DNA of 51,098 nucleotides from the NCBI GenBank assembly GCA_002269645.1, contig NIVC01004095.1, forward strand, positions 1 to 51,098, read 5' to 3'. Origin of the DNA: Macrostomum lignano (lineage: Eukaryota). The notes under the pieces are model-generated. The model saw only the letters and a list, made by a program, of their open reading frames with translations, made no database searches and was not told where the DNA came from. Below are positions 9,759 to 28,302 of this stretch, piece by piece. Position 1 is the stretch's first letter; each line of letters starts with the position of its first letter. A program made the translations under genes and the position numbers.

Positions 9759-12700
9759 ATGGCCGAATCTGCAGAAGGAGAAGGTAATTATTCTTTTATC
9801 AATGCTGCTTTGGCTTTCTAGAATAAATATTAAAACCAATCTAGCGCAACAGTGCAGTTGTTAGCTCAAGTTTGTTCCAAAATATTTGGCGCGAAAAGTT
9901 ACACTCTGTTTTTGGCGCCACTTTGCAAACTGAAATCGGCGCCCCATATTACATTCTGCTTTTGGCTCCACTTTGCAAACTGAAATTGGCGCCCCATATT
10001 ACATTCTGCTTTTGGCGCCACTTTACAAACTGAAATTGGCGCTCCATATTACATTCTGCTTTTGGCGCCACTTTGCAAACTGAAATTGGCGCCCCATATT
10101 ACACTCTGCTTTTGGCGCCACTTTGCAAACTGAAATTGGCGCCCCATATTACACTCTTTTGGCGCTGTCACCAACTTCACAAGTTGGGGAGGATAAATCT
10201 CGGTAGTGTGACCTACATGTAGTTATCAATAAATCTAACTGTCGGTGCCAATAGTTGCTCTTTCCTGATGCTCCAGACGTTCCGAGACGCCCGCCGAAAT
10301 TGATCAGCCGCTGTTGTACGAGTCCTTCAATCTGCCCGACATTCAATGCTCAGTGCCCCAGTCTGCGTCTTCTTCGACCGGCGTTGAGCGTGAAAACACC
10401 GAATCTGCTGACATCGCGCCGCGGCGCCGATTCCAGTCAGATTTTCAGCGCCACGCCAGCCTGCGCGCCGTCATCGAGGCCACGCATCGTCGACTGGCCG
10501 ACGGCTTCGACGAGATGCAGCTGGCGATGAGCTCCGCCGACGAGATGCCGATGCCGGTGCCTTGGAGACTCGGGGACGTCGACATCGGAGCTCAATTTGA
10601 GTCGACAGCGACGCTTCGAGCTGAGCAGCGCCTGCTGGTGTTCGGCGGCCCCACCAGCGGGAAATCCGGTCTGATCAATCGTCTCCTAGGAGAAGACATC
10701 ATGCCAATTGGAGTTGGCAGCCTGCTGCTATGCCAGGCCGGCTTGACGCATCTGCACTTCAGCGAGCGGCCGTTTGTCCGATTCTCGGGCTCAGCGTTCC
10801 CGAACCAGCCGCCTGTCGAGCTGGACCCAAGCAGACCGTTGGCCGGCCAGGTTCGAACTTTCTTGCTTAGCGACGACTTCGAGCCGCAACGGTCGGCTTG
10901 GGCATCGATGGACGGCTGCGCGCTGGAGATCGGTGCACCAATGGAGCTCATGAGGTGCCAGCTGGCTTTCGTGGAGGTGCCTAGCGATTGCGTTGATCAT
11001 CTGGTCAGGGAGAGGCTGCTTCGAGAGCTGGCTAGATCGAAGAATCACACTGTGGTGTACGTTATCGACAGTCAGAAGGGATTTTGCAATCAGGTGAGTT
11101 TTCTGGGATTCTTGTCCATTTTAAATTGATGCTTTAGGTGTATATTGGCAATCCGCTGGCTTCCGCTGGGTGATGACATTCATCGAGGCCTTTACTGTAT
11201 AATCCGAAGAAATTCAAGCTTGGTTATAGTGCTATAGTATATAGTGCTTGGTTTTCTGTGGGCAAAATAACCGCGCTAAAACGAGTTTTGTTGCGTGGAT
11301 CTCAGATACTTGGAATCCAAACTTTTTTCTATACGAAACACTTCCCAGGACCGAGAATTCCTGTTATTCCTTCGGGCTAATCGACCAGAGGATCGAGTCA
11401 TCTACATAGTAAACAAAGTCGACTACGATCCAGAAGCCGAGTTCATGGACTGCAACACGGATGATGAAGATTCGAACGACGAAGATGAGCAATCCGACGA
11501 GATCTGCTCGGTGCATCGCAGCGGCGAGGAGACTCAGCAGCGGAAACTTCGTCTGGTGAATGACCAACTTCTGCGCTACAGGCTGGTGGATCCACAATCC
11601 GGTGTCGACGGTCGAGCTCGAAGCGTCTTCCCGATTTCTTTGATTCGTCTCCGTGTACCCCTGACCGCTTCTGGCTCTAAAAGTCTAGTGCACAGGCTGA
11701 ACAGGCAGTACCGAGTTCAGTACGGCGAGCTGCAGGAGGCTCTGTTCTCCAGCCTGTTGGAGACGAGCAGTGCAGGCGTCGACGGCGCTATCGGGCTGTT
11801 GTTCCTCAAGGCCTCGTTGGCTTTCGATGCTTTTGCTAGGGACCCAGCTAAGGAGGAAGCGGAGTCCAGAGGACCTGCGGCCAAGGATTTGGTCCGAATT
11901 GCGGTGTCCGAGGCGAGGGACGCCATCGAGCAGCTGAAGAGGAAGCTGAAGAACGACATAACAAAGCTGCATCAGGTAATACATTCGTTTTTGATATTTC
12001 CTAATTTTAAGACCTGGTTTGTTTTGTACATGACTTGTCCGTTGAATGAAACAACGTTGTTTTGGGGGTGACTTGTTGATAGCATATTCTGTCTCGGATG
12101 CCTACACACCGTATATTTATTTTAAGACAGAAACATCATTTTGGAGTTGAGCACACCCTTTCTAAAGGTAAGCGAGTCTTGGAGAGGTCAGATATACATC
12201 CTTAACTTAGACAAAATCCCCTATAGTTCTTAAGGTTAACAGACTCTACATAAGGTGGGCACCATTTAATCCAGCAGAAAAGGTTTGCAATCCCATCAAC
12301 AATCCACTCCTAATCGCAGGCCTGCGAAGAGTCGATCATCTCCGAATGCGGCAATCTGGAGTTCGGACCTCTCCGACTTCACAATCGCATTAGAAATAAC
12401 GAAGTTGAACAACAGTACCGAACTCAGTTGCACAATTTCGCTCTCCATCTGCTCAATAGCGAGGTGTCCTCAAGATTAGTGGATTGCTTAGCAAATCTCA
12501 GGTCCAGCCTGGCTCTGCTAATTGGCAAAATGCAGAGCCAGTTGACTAAAGAGTCCACTGAGGCTGGCGGCTTCGTTGACAGTCAGTGGAACGAAGTGGT
12601 CAGGCTGCAGACTCAGGAGGCTCAGTGCGTGGCTGCCAGGATGGATCAGCTGTCCATCGAGTGGGAGGGCGATTTCAAGTTTTTCACCTGGATGCGGAGA

Positions 12701-15190
12701 CTGGTGGCCAAGAAAGGTCAAGCCAGTGGCGGAGCAGTCTTCAGCACCTCCGAGTGGAAGGTTTGTCAATTAGGTTAATTGTTTCGTTAAGCCTGTCAAT
12801 CCCTTTCATATTGCTGAAAGATCTATCAACTTATATCGACATGTCAGAATATTTAACTGTATCATGTAGCAGGATTATGTGCCATTGGGGATAGAACGAA
12901 GAGTCAAAAGAGAGATAAATTGAGGAAGAATAGAATCAAGTTTCAGAAAGTAGAATGAAATGTCAGATGATATAATTAATAATCAGACAGTAGACTAAAG
13001 TGTTAGAAGATGTGCAAAGTCAGAGAATCTGACGAATGAATGAAGGTTTTATAGAGTACAATGAATTTTCAGAGAGTAGTTAGAACGACGTTTCACAAAA
13101 AATAAGGACAAAAATTAAAGGACAGAATAAGATTTAGTGAACAAAGACTTTAGCCATCTTCAAATTTGATTCACGCAGGAATCGGTGGCGAAGGACTTCT
13201 ACCAGCATATCAACCTGTCTGCGGTAGTGAAGAAGTTCTTCGCTAATCTCGAAGCAAAACTGCTACAAACCGAGCGCCGTCTCCAAGGCCTGGCCGCATC
13301 AAGACAGCGCTGCGGCACTCGCCTTCGACGACTGCTTCGCAAAAATCATCCGGGCGCTTGCGCAGCCTGGCGCGCGGCCCAGCGTTGCCTGGCAACGGCT
13401 GATGCATTGCGCAACGCTCAACGCTTCGGCCTAGTCGATTTGGGAGAAGTCCTCTACGACGGGCGTCTGGGATGTCAGCGGGCTTTGGTCAGAGAAGACT
13501 TCGGGGGCAGCTGCGTGCCGGGACTTCAAGCGGCAACGGTGCTTCGACCGGACGGTCATCTTGGTAGCATCTGCAGCTTGTACCTCGGTCAGCGACGACA
13601 AAGGCGCTGGCTGCTGCCTAATGAGTGGACTGTCGCTCCGATTTTGGTGTCACTAACCAGAGAAGCCTGTCGAATGTGCGTTTTGCATAACGCTTACACT
13701 TGCTCGCTGGCGGATGCCTTGCAAAATGGCAAATACTCGAATAAGCAGGCTTTCTGGCTGTTGCAGAGTCTGCTTCAACTGTGCCAGATATGCGCAGCAG
13801 CGGCGGCCGCGGAGAGCGGAACCAACGGCGACGATGAAGGTGGCTGCGAGCAGTGCAGCTGGTTGACCTGCGACACTGTGCGGGTGAGTCACTATTTGGT
13901 CATTCACACTCCGAAATCATCTTCAAGTTCTTTCTGTTTTTTTTCAGCACGAGCTATTCGTACTTACTCTGCTGTGATTTTCCGGGTTGTGTTTACTTTA
14001 GCTAAGATAAAATTTTCAGTATTAAGCCTCTACTGCTACAGCGTGTAAGAAAGTAGTATTATTAGGAAAAATAATTGTAATTTAAAAGAAAATTTCAAAC
14101 TGTTTATCATCGGTACGGCTAAAAGAAAAAGCAGCACAGTTGTGTAACAACACAGCTGCTGTCTGTCAGGCTTCCATGTTCGGCCTGAATAATTTGAAGC
14201 TTGGCTTGAACCCCCAAAGCACAGATAGTGTACATTCCTGACGATTAGTATGTCTGGACCGCTGTACACCCCGTTTGAGCGCGTGTAAGATTGCGTGCCA
14301 GTGGTACATGTACATTATTGGGGCTCTTGCGTGTGCTCAAGAGTCAGCGGAGTGGACAGAAATGCCATCAGCGCTGGTTGTGAGATGACTTTCGCAAGTG
14401 TTGCGCCAGGGTATCGAAAACCTTTCTGCAATTATTTTTTCCTAATTAAATATCTATTCAACTAAAAACATTCCAGGTGCGATTCGAAGCAGGCTTCGCC
14501 ACGGCCATGATCGACTGCCTCGACGAGCCGCTTCAGGTGACGAGATCGAAAAAGCGCCAACAGCAACAGCAGCAGCAGCAACAGCCGCAACAGCACCAGC
14601 ATGCGTTGAACCGCCCGACTTTAGTAGCTCAACAGTCCGCCACTGTTCAGCACTCACCATTCCGTCAGATCAAGGAAGCCTACAAGCGGTCTCGATCGGT
14701 AGACGCCCTCGGAGATGGACCGTCATCGGCTGGTGCGACGTCCGCTGTAGCGACAGAGCCGGGCATCGGGGTGGAGACTCCGTGGGAACGACGCGAACTG
14801 GATAACTTCCTGCTTCTGGCTCTGATGATTCTGTGTCGTCGAAGGTTGGACTACATCGATGGGCAGTTAATTGACTGGTTCAGCGTGTCATCGTCTGGAA
14901 TTTCGCAACAACAACAACAACATCAGCTAGTTTCTGAAGTAGCATTGCAAGAGCATCAGGTCGGATCGCTTAGTGAGCTGCTCGCAGGCGTCGTGAAGGG
15001 TCAGGAGCGTTCGGGCCACAACTATTCGACGGCCCTGGTGATACCGGAGCCGTGGGAGACCGTCTCCAGGCTGCTTCTCGGTTGCTCTGACCAACAGGCG
15101 GAGACAGCAACTGCTGAGGCCGGTGAAAGTCGATGGGATCTGATTTCCGCCTTTGTTGAAAACGGGCTGAAGAATGAGCTGGCAAAGTAG
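9759..15190 (+). CDS. DSTYK: DSTYK-like protein: dynamin-type P-loop domain + coiled coil + degenerate (pseudo)kinase domain, about 1100 aa
   Basis: Exons 9759-9783 (putative), 10277-11093, 11349-11975, 12320-12760, 13179-13883 and 14477-15190, all GT-AG; exons 2-6 join in phase 0. Walker A GGPTSGKS (10644-10667), NKVD (11412-11423). The segments ECGNLEFG...QLHNFALHLLNSEVSSRL and STSEWKESVAKDFYQHINLSAVVK resemble DSTYK ATNMEF...QIQELIISRLNQAVANKL and ITLEWKRKVAQEAIESLSASKLAK. Exons 1 and 2 need one extra base near 10300. Confidence 0.7.
9884..10165. repeat. 50-bp minisatellite (TTTGGCGCCACTTTGCAAACTGAAATTGGCGCCCCATATTACATTCTGCT) in intron 1
   Basis: About 5.5 tandem copies. Confidence 0.95.
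14160..14360 (+). mobile_element. Diverged copy of the SINE body in intron 5 of the DSTYK-like gene
   Basis: CCCCCAAAGCACAGATAGTGTACAT...GGACCGCTGTACAC...CTTGCGTGTGCTCAAGAGTCAGCGGA is colinear with 5852-5990. Confidence 0.55.
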
Positions 15191-15454
15191 ATCTCCTGTT
15201 GATGTTTAAGCGTTACTGCGACTGAAGAATATCGGTTGACTTTGGCTAAGTCATTTCAGTTTGGTCTCCGTTTGGTCTGGCCACTTCAACTACAAAGTAA
15301 ACTTGAACTTATGTTTACTTTTTTATCATTCAATTGTTCTCAATATTTGCAACTTTTTACTCTTTTTTTCTGACCTTATCTGTGTTTAAAGCCCAAAAGA
15401 GTACCTAAACTACATTTCTGCTCTCTCTCCAACCGCTCTGCAACCTCTCTCCCG

Positions 15455-15528
15455 CCTGTATCCAGTCTCTATCCAGCCTCTCTCCAGCCTCTCTCCAGCC
15501 TCTCTCCAGCCTCTCTCCAGCCTCTCCC
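15455..15528. repeat. 11-bp tandem repeat (CCAGCCTCTCT)n
   Basis: Directly visible. Confidence 0.9.
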
Positions 15529-15810
15529 TAACCCAGTTGTAGTTTTGCAAAAGTGATTTGCTCAATAAAAATGCTAATGCATCACATCAGTAAATTTCGT
15601 ATTAATTAAACATAAGGTTCCAAAAACGTGTATGGAATTTATTTTGTACATTTTTATCCACGATATATTATTGACTAATAAAGAATCAATCTACGAGCGT
15701 AATAATACTTCGTTAAAAATAAACTTCCCGAAAGTGTTCTTTTAACGTATCAGGAGATACTTCTGTTTAATAGAACTATTGGGCTCGTAGCACTTTAGAT
15801 AACTACGGTC

Positions 15811-16242
15811 AAATCTGCTGTAGATCTACTGAGCTCTCAAGCTAGCTGTAAGATCCACTATCGAATCTGCTGTAGATCTACTGAGCTTTCGGGCTAGCTG
15901 TAAGATCTGCTATCGAATCTGCTGTAGGTCTACTGAGCTCTCGGGCTAGCTGTAAGATCTGCCATCAAATCTGCTGTAGGTCTACTGAGCTCTCAAGCTA
16001 GCTGTAAGATCTACTATCGAATCTGCTGTAGATCTACTGAGCTCTCGGGCTAGCTGTAAGATCTGCCATCAAATCTGCTGTAGGTCTACTGAGCTCTCGG
16101 GCTAGCTGTAAGATCTGCTATCGAATCTGCTGTAGATCTACTGAGCTCTCTGGCTAGCTGTAAGATCTGCTATCGAATCTGCTGTAGATCTACTGAGCTC
16201 TCTGGCTAGCTGTAAGATCTGCTATCGAATCTGCTGTAGATA
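15811..16242. repeat. 52-bp minisatellite
   Basis: Unit CTGCTGTAGATCTACTGAGCTCTCGGGCTAGCTGTAAGATCTGCTATCGAAT, starting at 15815, 15867 and so on; about 8 copies. Confidence 0.95.
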
Positions 16243-16568
16243 TTTTTTCAAGGATGCTGTCATACTAACTGCTATAAAATTTCCAAATTCTGAGGGAATG
16301 CTTCTGATCGCTTACTATGCAGGCTCGACATTTTAGCCAGCCAACCAAATTGCAGCTCACCATAGGGGCCATTCAATCTTGTATCTCTTTGGAAACAAAA
16401 GCAAAAACCAATCGGCGGAACCAGCCAATGTTCTAGTAGTTGGTTTAGATAGCAAAAAGCTAATATCACTATTCTTACATGGCGGCAAGAGCCTCTTAAT
16501 ACTGCTTTGAATAGTTATAACAAACATTTTCCCAGATAAGGTTAAAGTTTCACAATAGCCACAACGCC

Positions 16569-22954
<6,386 letters not shown>

Positions 22955-23284
22955 GTGTTTTGCTAGCTGTCTAGCGCACGACTCGGAATATTGGACTTGG
23001 AGAAATCCAACATTAACAATGTACATAGCAGTAATGTGTTGTTGAAGCCTCCTCCTCACTGACAGACATCTCGCATTCAGGCATTGGGACTTTGGTGTCG
23101 AAATGTTTAATACAAAGGTTTTGCTATTTGTATCTCATGAATCTCTGCTATAATAAAATTTGTTTATTGAATAATTCTGTCAACAATTCTACAATATTTA
23201 TCTGTTGTTTTCTAAATGCTATTCGTCATTCAGCAGTTTAGCAGGAATGCCTGTGCCATTGTACGCCTGTGCCTCATCTGATGC

Positions 23285-23465
23285 ACGTCTCCTTCCTCTC
23301 TTACCACTCTGCTCTCTCCTCTCGGCTCTCTCCTCTCTGCTCTCTCCTCTCTGCTCTCTCCACTCTCCTCTCTCCTCTCTTATTGCTCTATTCTTTGCTC
23401 TTCTCTATCAGCTTCTCTCTGTGCTGTGCTCTTCTCTCTCTCATCTCCGCACTGCTCTTCTCTCA
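23285..23465. repeat. CT-rich low-complexity tract
   Basis: CTCTCCTCTCTG-type units. Confidence 0.85.
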
Positions 23466-23799
23466 ATCTCATCTGCCGTCTGTGCCTGGGTCCGCCGCTT
23501 TCTATAAGTTTCCATATTTTGATGCCCCCAGTGGCCGCTGTCACTCGATGTCGAATGATATTCAGTCCGTCTGTCTGTCTGTGCAACTACGGCCTAAGAA
23601 GTTGGTTGTTTTTTGAAGGCACTCAACAAAAACGAACAATTACCTCTCGCAAAAGTTAATTTGTTTGATGCTCTGTTTGTCCTGCTTCATGCTTTGCTGC
23701 AATCGCAATGGCTCTAAGAACTGAAGTTTTATTAAAACCGTTCTTTTTCTCGATGCGTTCTAATAAAAGCATGAAAAGTTCTGTTTCATTTTTTTCTAG

Positions 23800-24010
23800 C
23801 AGAAAAACCGACTAACTTCCCGATAGTTGCCTGAGGAATTTGGAAAATGTCACGGATGGAATAGATATTCGAGCAAAAGACAACTCGTCTAAAGTTCTCC
23901 ACATAGACGAGTGCGCGACCCAATATTCGCCCAACTTAGGCGGTTTCGTCTGCAATCGGCCACAAGTGGCCCTTGTGCCTCCAATATGGATGCATATGGG
24001 CAATAAAAAT
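23800..24010 (-). mobile_element. Possible degraded Tc1/mariner transposase fragment
   Basis: Across frames it reads CRRNRLSWA and VENFRRVVF, resembling the Tc1 R..RL.WA ... EDW.RV.FSDE segment. Several stops and frameshifts. Confidence 0.25.
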
Positions 24011-24944
24011 AGCGTTTGTGAAAATGTATTTCCCAAATTTTGCGCAATTTATCTTTAAATTGATTCGGTTTAAACTTTCAATTAATAACAATGAGATTTT
24101 CAACCATATTCTGAAATTGAAAAACTGAATATATTTACATGTTAAGTGTACTTTAAGTAGCAATGGTAGATAGTGACTGCTAGATTTGTTTTCTTTCGGC
24201 TGAGTTTTGGCATTGCTAAATGGGAGCGGAGCAGCTTGTTTGACGTTGAACAAGACTATTATTGTGTACCTGCGTGTCAATCTCATGGACAACTGTAGCA
24301 GAAGAACCCGTAAAAGTGTTATCGTTTTAATCAGTGCATTTAGTAAACTAAAACTAACTTGATGGCAAAACCCGATTCAGCTCCCTCCGAAGATTCCTTA
24401 GTTGTCTATGGTAAAAACTTTGCAGGCTGCGGTGCTGATGCATAGCAGACCTTTCCTTGAAAGCTGTCAAATGGACTCCGTATTTTTTCTCAAACATGAA
24501 GCGGCCTGCAGGATTCTTTTAAAATTGTTCGTATCAAACTTCAAACCACTGTAATAGCGTGTCATGATTTGCATATCCTGTCAAAGATGCACAGACGCTG
24601 ACTACTTTGGCTCGACAACGATGTAGGGTCCTTCTACTCCTGTTTTCCATGGTCCATCCTGTATTTAAAGCGCTCAAATTTAAGCATTTAATCGATCAAG
24701 TTGTACCACTCAAAGGGGTGCATAAAATTGGGATTTTGGTCCATAGGTCTTATATTTCCTAGGATAGGCCACTTGCGGCAATAGGGAAAGTGCGACCGCT
24801 ATTTTTCGTCACTTGTATGCCGACAAAAGCCGACATGATTTACTTAAATTTTGAGTTCAGTAGCTTCGGGACATAAAAGCTATTTTTGAATTTGATAGAA
24901 CTTCCCATGAAGTATATAAAAAAGCTACTCAATCAAACTTAGAA

Positions 24945-25045
24945 TGATGCATGCACTGCAGAGACTACTGACGAAATTGAGTTTAGTAGTTGATTTTCGC
25001 ACTGTCGCGAGTTGCAAAATTTTTCACATTAGCTTCTATGGCCAC
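24945..25045. repeat. Dispersed ~100-bp repeat, copy 1 (copy 2 at 38630-38729)
   Basis: GACTACTGACGAAATTGAGTT...CTGTCGCGAGTTGC...TAGCTTCTATGGCCAC recurs at 38645-38729. Confidence 0.8.
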
Positions 25046-26269
25046 ATAAGTGGTTAATGAGTGGCCGTCTCAGCAAGCATACATACAATCTCATATCTAT
25101 GTTCGGTAGACCGTTCTGAGCCTCTCATATTCAAATATCCCCGTTTGGAGAGTCATCAGATTGAGTACCTATAAATCCATCGTTTAAAGCCATCGTTTAA
25201 CTCAAGATATAATGTATACTCGTAATTACATTAAGTCAAAAGATCGGTCACATGGGTGAAGACAGAGTCAGGCAGGGAGAAGGCCAAGGTTTCAGCCGTG
25301 AGACTGGGGGTGAAGGTTGGGCATAAGCCAAGAGATGAGGAACTTTTTTTTCCCAGCTTCCTTCTGCAGCTTTGCCAGTTTCTAAGGAGAGAAATATTAA
25401 AGAGAAACACTGCAAGTGCAAGAAGTGGCGCTGCGCTGGAGATGGGGAGAGAGGCAGCTCGTGGCAGACTAAAAGGTATATGGACTTATGGACTGTGGCG
25501 TCTGGAGTCAAATAGGGAAGGCCTGGCCTAGGAGAAAGTGCGGGGGGTTGAGCTTAGTTTGAATTTAGTTCATCGATGTTTAAGAGAAGACAGCTTCAAA
25601 TTTAGGATGAGGTTAAGCTCGCTATCTAAACGTATTTAGAATACGATGGTTCCTTCAGCCAGTTATAAGGCAATACAAGAAAAAAAGTAACGAAAACGAA
25701 ACCGCTTAATGGTAGACTCTGGAGTCTAGATTTAAGATCAAGTTGTCCATGGCTTAGTAGGGGTTTGGGATTAGAATCAAGGAGGGGAATGGCTGGGGGA
25801 GTGGGAGAACGGAGGATACAGTGCCCATTATATCGCACTCTGATTGGCTCTTCCAAGCAGTTAGTTTTCCAGACCTCAATTTTTTGGGCTTGGATTGAGG
25901 AATGAAAAACTGGGGTGGGTCGCTTGGAAGCATTGGCTGGATTTGCTGGGCTGCGCTTTCCAGGAGGGAGGGAATTTTGGACGAGATGTCAATGAGGCCT
26001 CAGCGGCGTGAGGCGGAGCGCTGTGGAGGCGTGTGAACCCAAAAGACTTTTTAGACACATCAGCCAAGCCCAACAAGTCCCTCCATACAGCTCAGCAGAT
26101 AGGCAGGATAGATAGATTCTCTTATTTACATCCCGATGCTGTGAGCAACTCCTTCCCTCATCTTAGTGCTCTTACACTCCGCTTGTCTCAATGAAGACTT
26201 GCAACAACATTTAGCGTCAACCAGAATCATCGGCAGTGACATCCAACTAAGCTGCTGGGTAAAGGCCTA

Positions 26270-26857
26270 ATGAGAATGTCAGAATCAACGGTGGTTCAAC
26301 TGCAAAAGCAGCAGCAGCAGCAGCCGCCGCTGCAGAAGAACCAAGTAATGTCGGACAGCACCCTAGTCGTGATTGTTTGCTCAATATTTGCCAGTCTGGT
26401 TGGCGCAATTTTCATTGTCTGCCTGTTGAGAGCCGTCTGCAAAGACCTGCCGGCGCGTTTTAGAGCTTGGCGGCGCCGACGGCTGCTCGGACGAAAGCTG
26501 GCGCGACAGCAGGAGAGGCACCAGCCGGAGAGCAACGGGTTCATTGAGATGGACGATGGGATCCGCGCCACTGCCGTATCCGTGCCGACCATTTCTGCTG
26601 CCAATGACCCGAACAGACTCGACGTTGACGACGGCTATAGCGTCGGTTTCATGCTGATGCACACCCGACAGGCCAGTGTCGACGTTTTGAACACTATCGG
26701 TCTGAGTAGTCGCGCCGACGGCGACAGCTACAGCGACGAATTGGGCGGCTGCGGCGGCGGTGGCGGCGTTCGTCCAGCCGGAGGCAGCAAACGCCATCGT
26801 AGAGGCCAGAGCTTGGGACCTCGAGGTCAACCAATTGATCGAGAGTACTTTGTGTAG
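26270..26857 (+). CDS. Orphan single-pass membrane protein (195 aa) with C-terminal EYFV class II PDZ-binding motif
   Basis: GC-rich ORF. One hydrophobic helix (TLVVIVCSIFASLVGAIFIVCLL), no cleavable signal peptide, a basic stop-transfer segment (RFRAWRRRR), and an in-frame stop 11 codons upstream of the ATG. Confidence 0.75.
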   Translation: MRMSESTVVQLQKQQQQQPPLQKNQVMSDSTLVVIVCSIFASLVGAIFIVCLLRAVCKDLPARFRAWRRRRLLGRKLARQQERHQPESNGFIEMDDGIRATAVSVPTISAANDPNRLDVDDGYSVGFMLMHTRQASVDVLNTIGLSSRADGDSYSDELGGCGGGGGVRPAGGSKRHRRGQSLGPRGQPIDREYFV

Positions 26858-27609
26858 CTAACAAACTTAGCACAGGCTTTCAGAGCCCCGGTCAACTAAA
26901 GTCGAACAATCCTACACTTGAAAATGTTCAGGTGAGATACATTATAATTTATAGTGCTCAAGAATAGAAAAATTTATCCAGCTGTGAAATTCAAACGATA
27001 TACCAGTAGCAGTTGCCAGTGTAACTTCTACTTCATTTGTCCATGCCGAGAGTTCAATTGTCAGATTGTGTTTATGTTAACAATTAATCATAGCCATACT
27101 CCTACGATTAACCTTAAGCATATGGTCGTCAGGCTCAAAAAATGGTGTCATTAATATTTTAAAATCATTTCTGGTGCTCTTTTGATTTCGTCTCTCCAAG
27201 TTGTGTACATATTTTGCCTGAAGAAATTAGCACTTTATGAAACTTGGTTCAAAAATGCTGTATGCTGACGAGACTAAATGTACGAGTATTTAGATATATT
27301 TGAGGTAATTTTGTGTTTTTTGAGATTGTTAAAGTGGATTTCTCAAAAAATTATTTAAACTTTGCTGCCAACTCAATGCTCGAATGCTAGTTATTTGTAA
27401 GAAAAAATTGTCCAGTATATAGGTAACAATTCAAAACCTGCTGTATTACCCACGGTAACTGTCTAGTTAAATCAAATTTATTCATCAAAATTCATTCTTT
27501 CCATGTCCAGTCAGTTGTATAATGCCGCATTTTTCCTTTCGAAAAATAGAACTTGTGAATGTAAAATACGACGATTGGACTATTATTTTTAAATGGATTT
27601 TGGGTGCAA

Positions 27610-27840
27610 CGTCCTTTGACGTATTGGTTTGGTGACAGTTCGTTTTGATGACGAATCATTTTGGAGACGTGTTTTTTAGTGATCAGTGACTGGTGACATT
27701 GATAAAGTGTCATTTTATTGACGATTCGATTTAGTGACGTTTCGTTTTAGTGACGTTTCGTTTAAGTGGCATTCCGAGTCAGTGACGTTCGATTTAGTGA
27801 CTTGTCGTATTAGTGACGGCATTTTAGTGACGTGTCACTA
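27610..27840. repeat. Degenerate short repeats of (T)AGTGACGTTTCG(TT)
   Basis: AGTGAC/GGTGAC cores recur every 15-20 bp. Confidence 0.75.
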
Positions 27841-28302
27841 TGGTAAGTTTTGTAGAAAAGTATTTCAGCATTGCAGTCGAGCTTTATAACAGAACTTAGC
27901 AATATGTAGCTTCACTTTTGATCAGTCGATTTTTTTGTCTGATTAAAAGGCTGGCAATATAAAATGACAGACAGGATTTGCAGAGGGCCGCCGAGCCGCA
28001 AAGGCGGCAACTGATAAGAACAAGAAGGGTTGGAGTGGGCCTTCATGCTGCTGCTTTATTATCCCACAAGAAATAAAAAATGATTGCTTTGTGGTGCAAA
28101 AGCCAACTGCAGGTGTATTTTTATACACGCAGCTGACTCTCGATAAGCGAGAATCATAAAAAATAGCTCGTAGAGGCAGATTTCCGATGGACTGAAGTCT
28201 TTCAAGTCTGCGGCTTCATCCAGGATTCTTATTATTTTGACTGGGCCCTCATTTTTTAGCATGCGATTTTTCAGTCCCATTCCTAAACTCTATTGCTCTT
28301 GA

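Noticed and set aside
25200-26080. Purine-rich block possibly derived from a LINE endonuclease region
   Set aside because: No convincing motif could be reconstructed in any frame.
27930-28290. Possible Mutator/SWIM transposase remnant
   Set aside because: Only scattered Cys/His and weak resemblance across frames; not supportable without a search.
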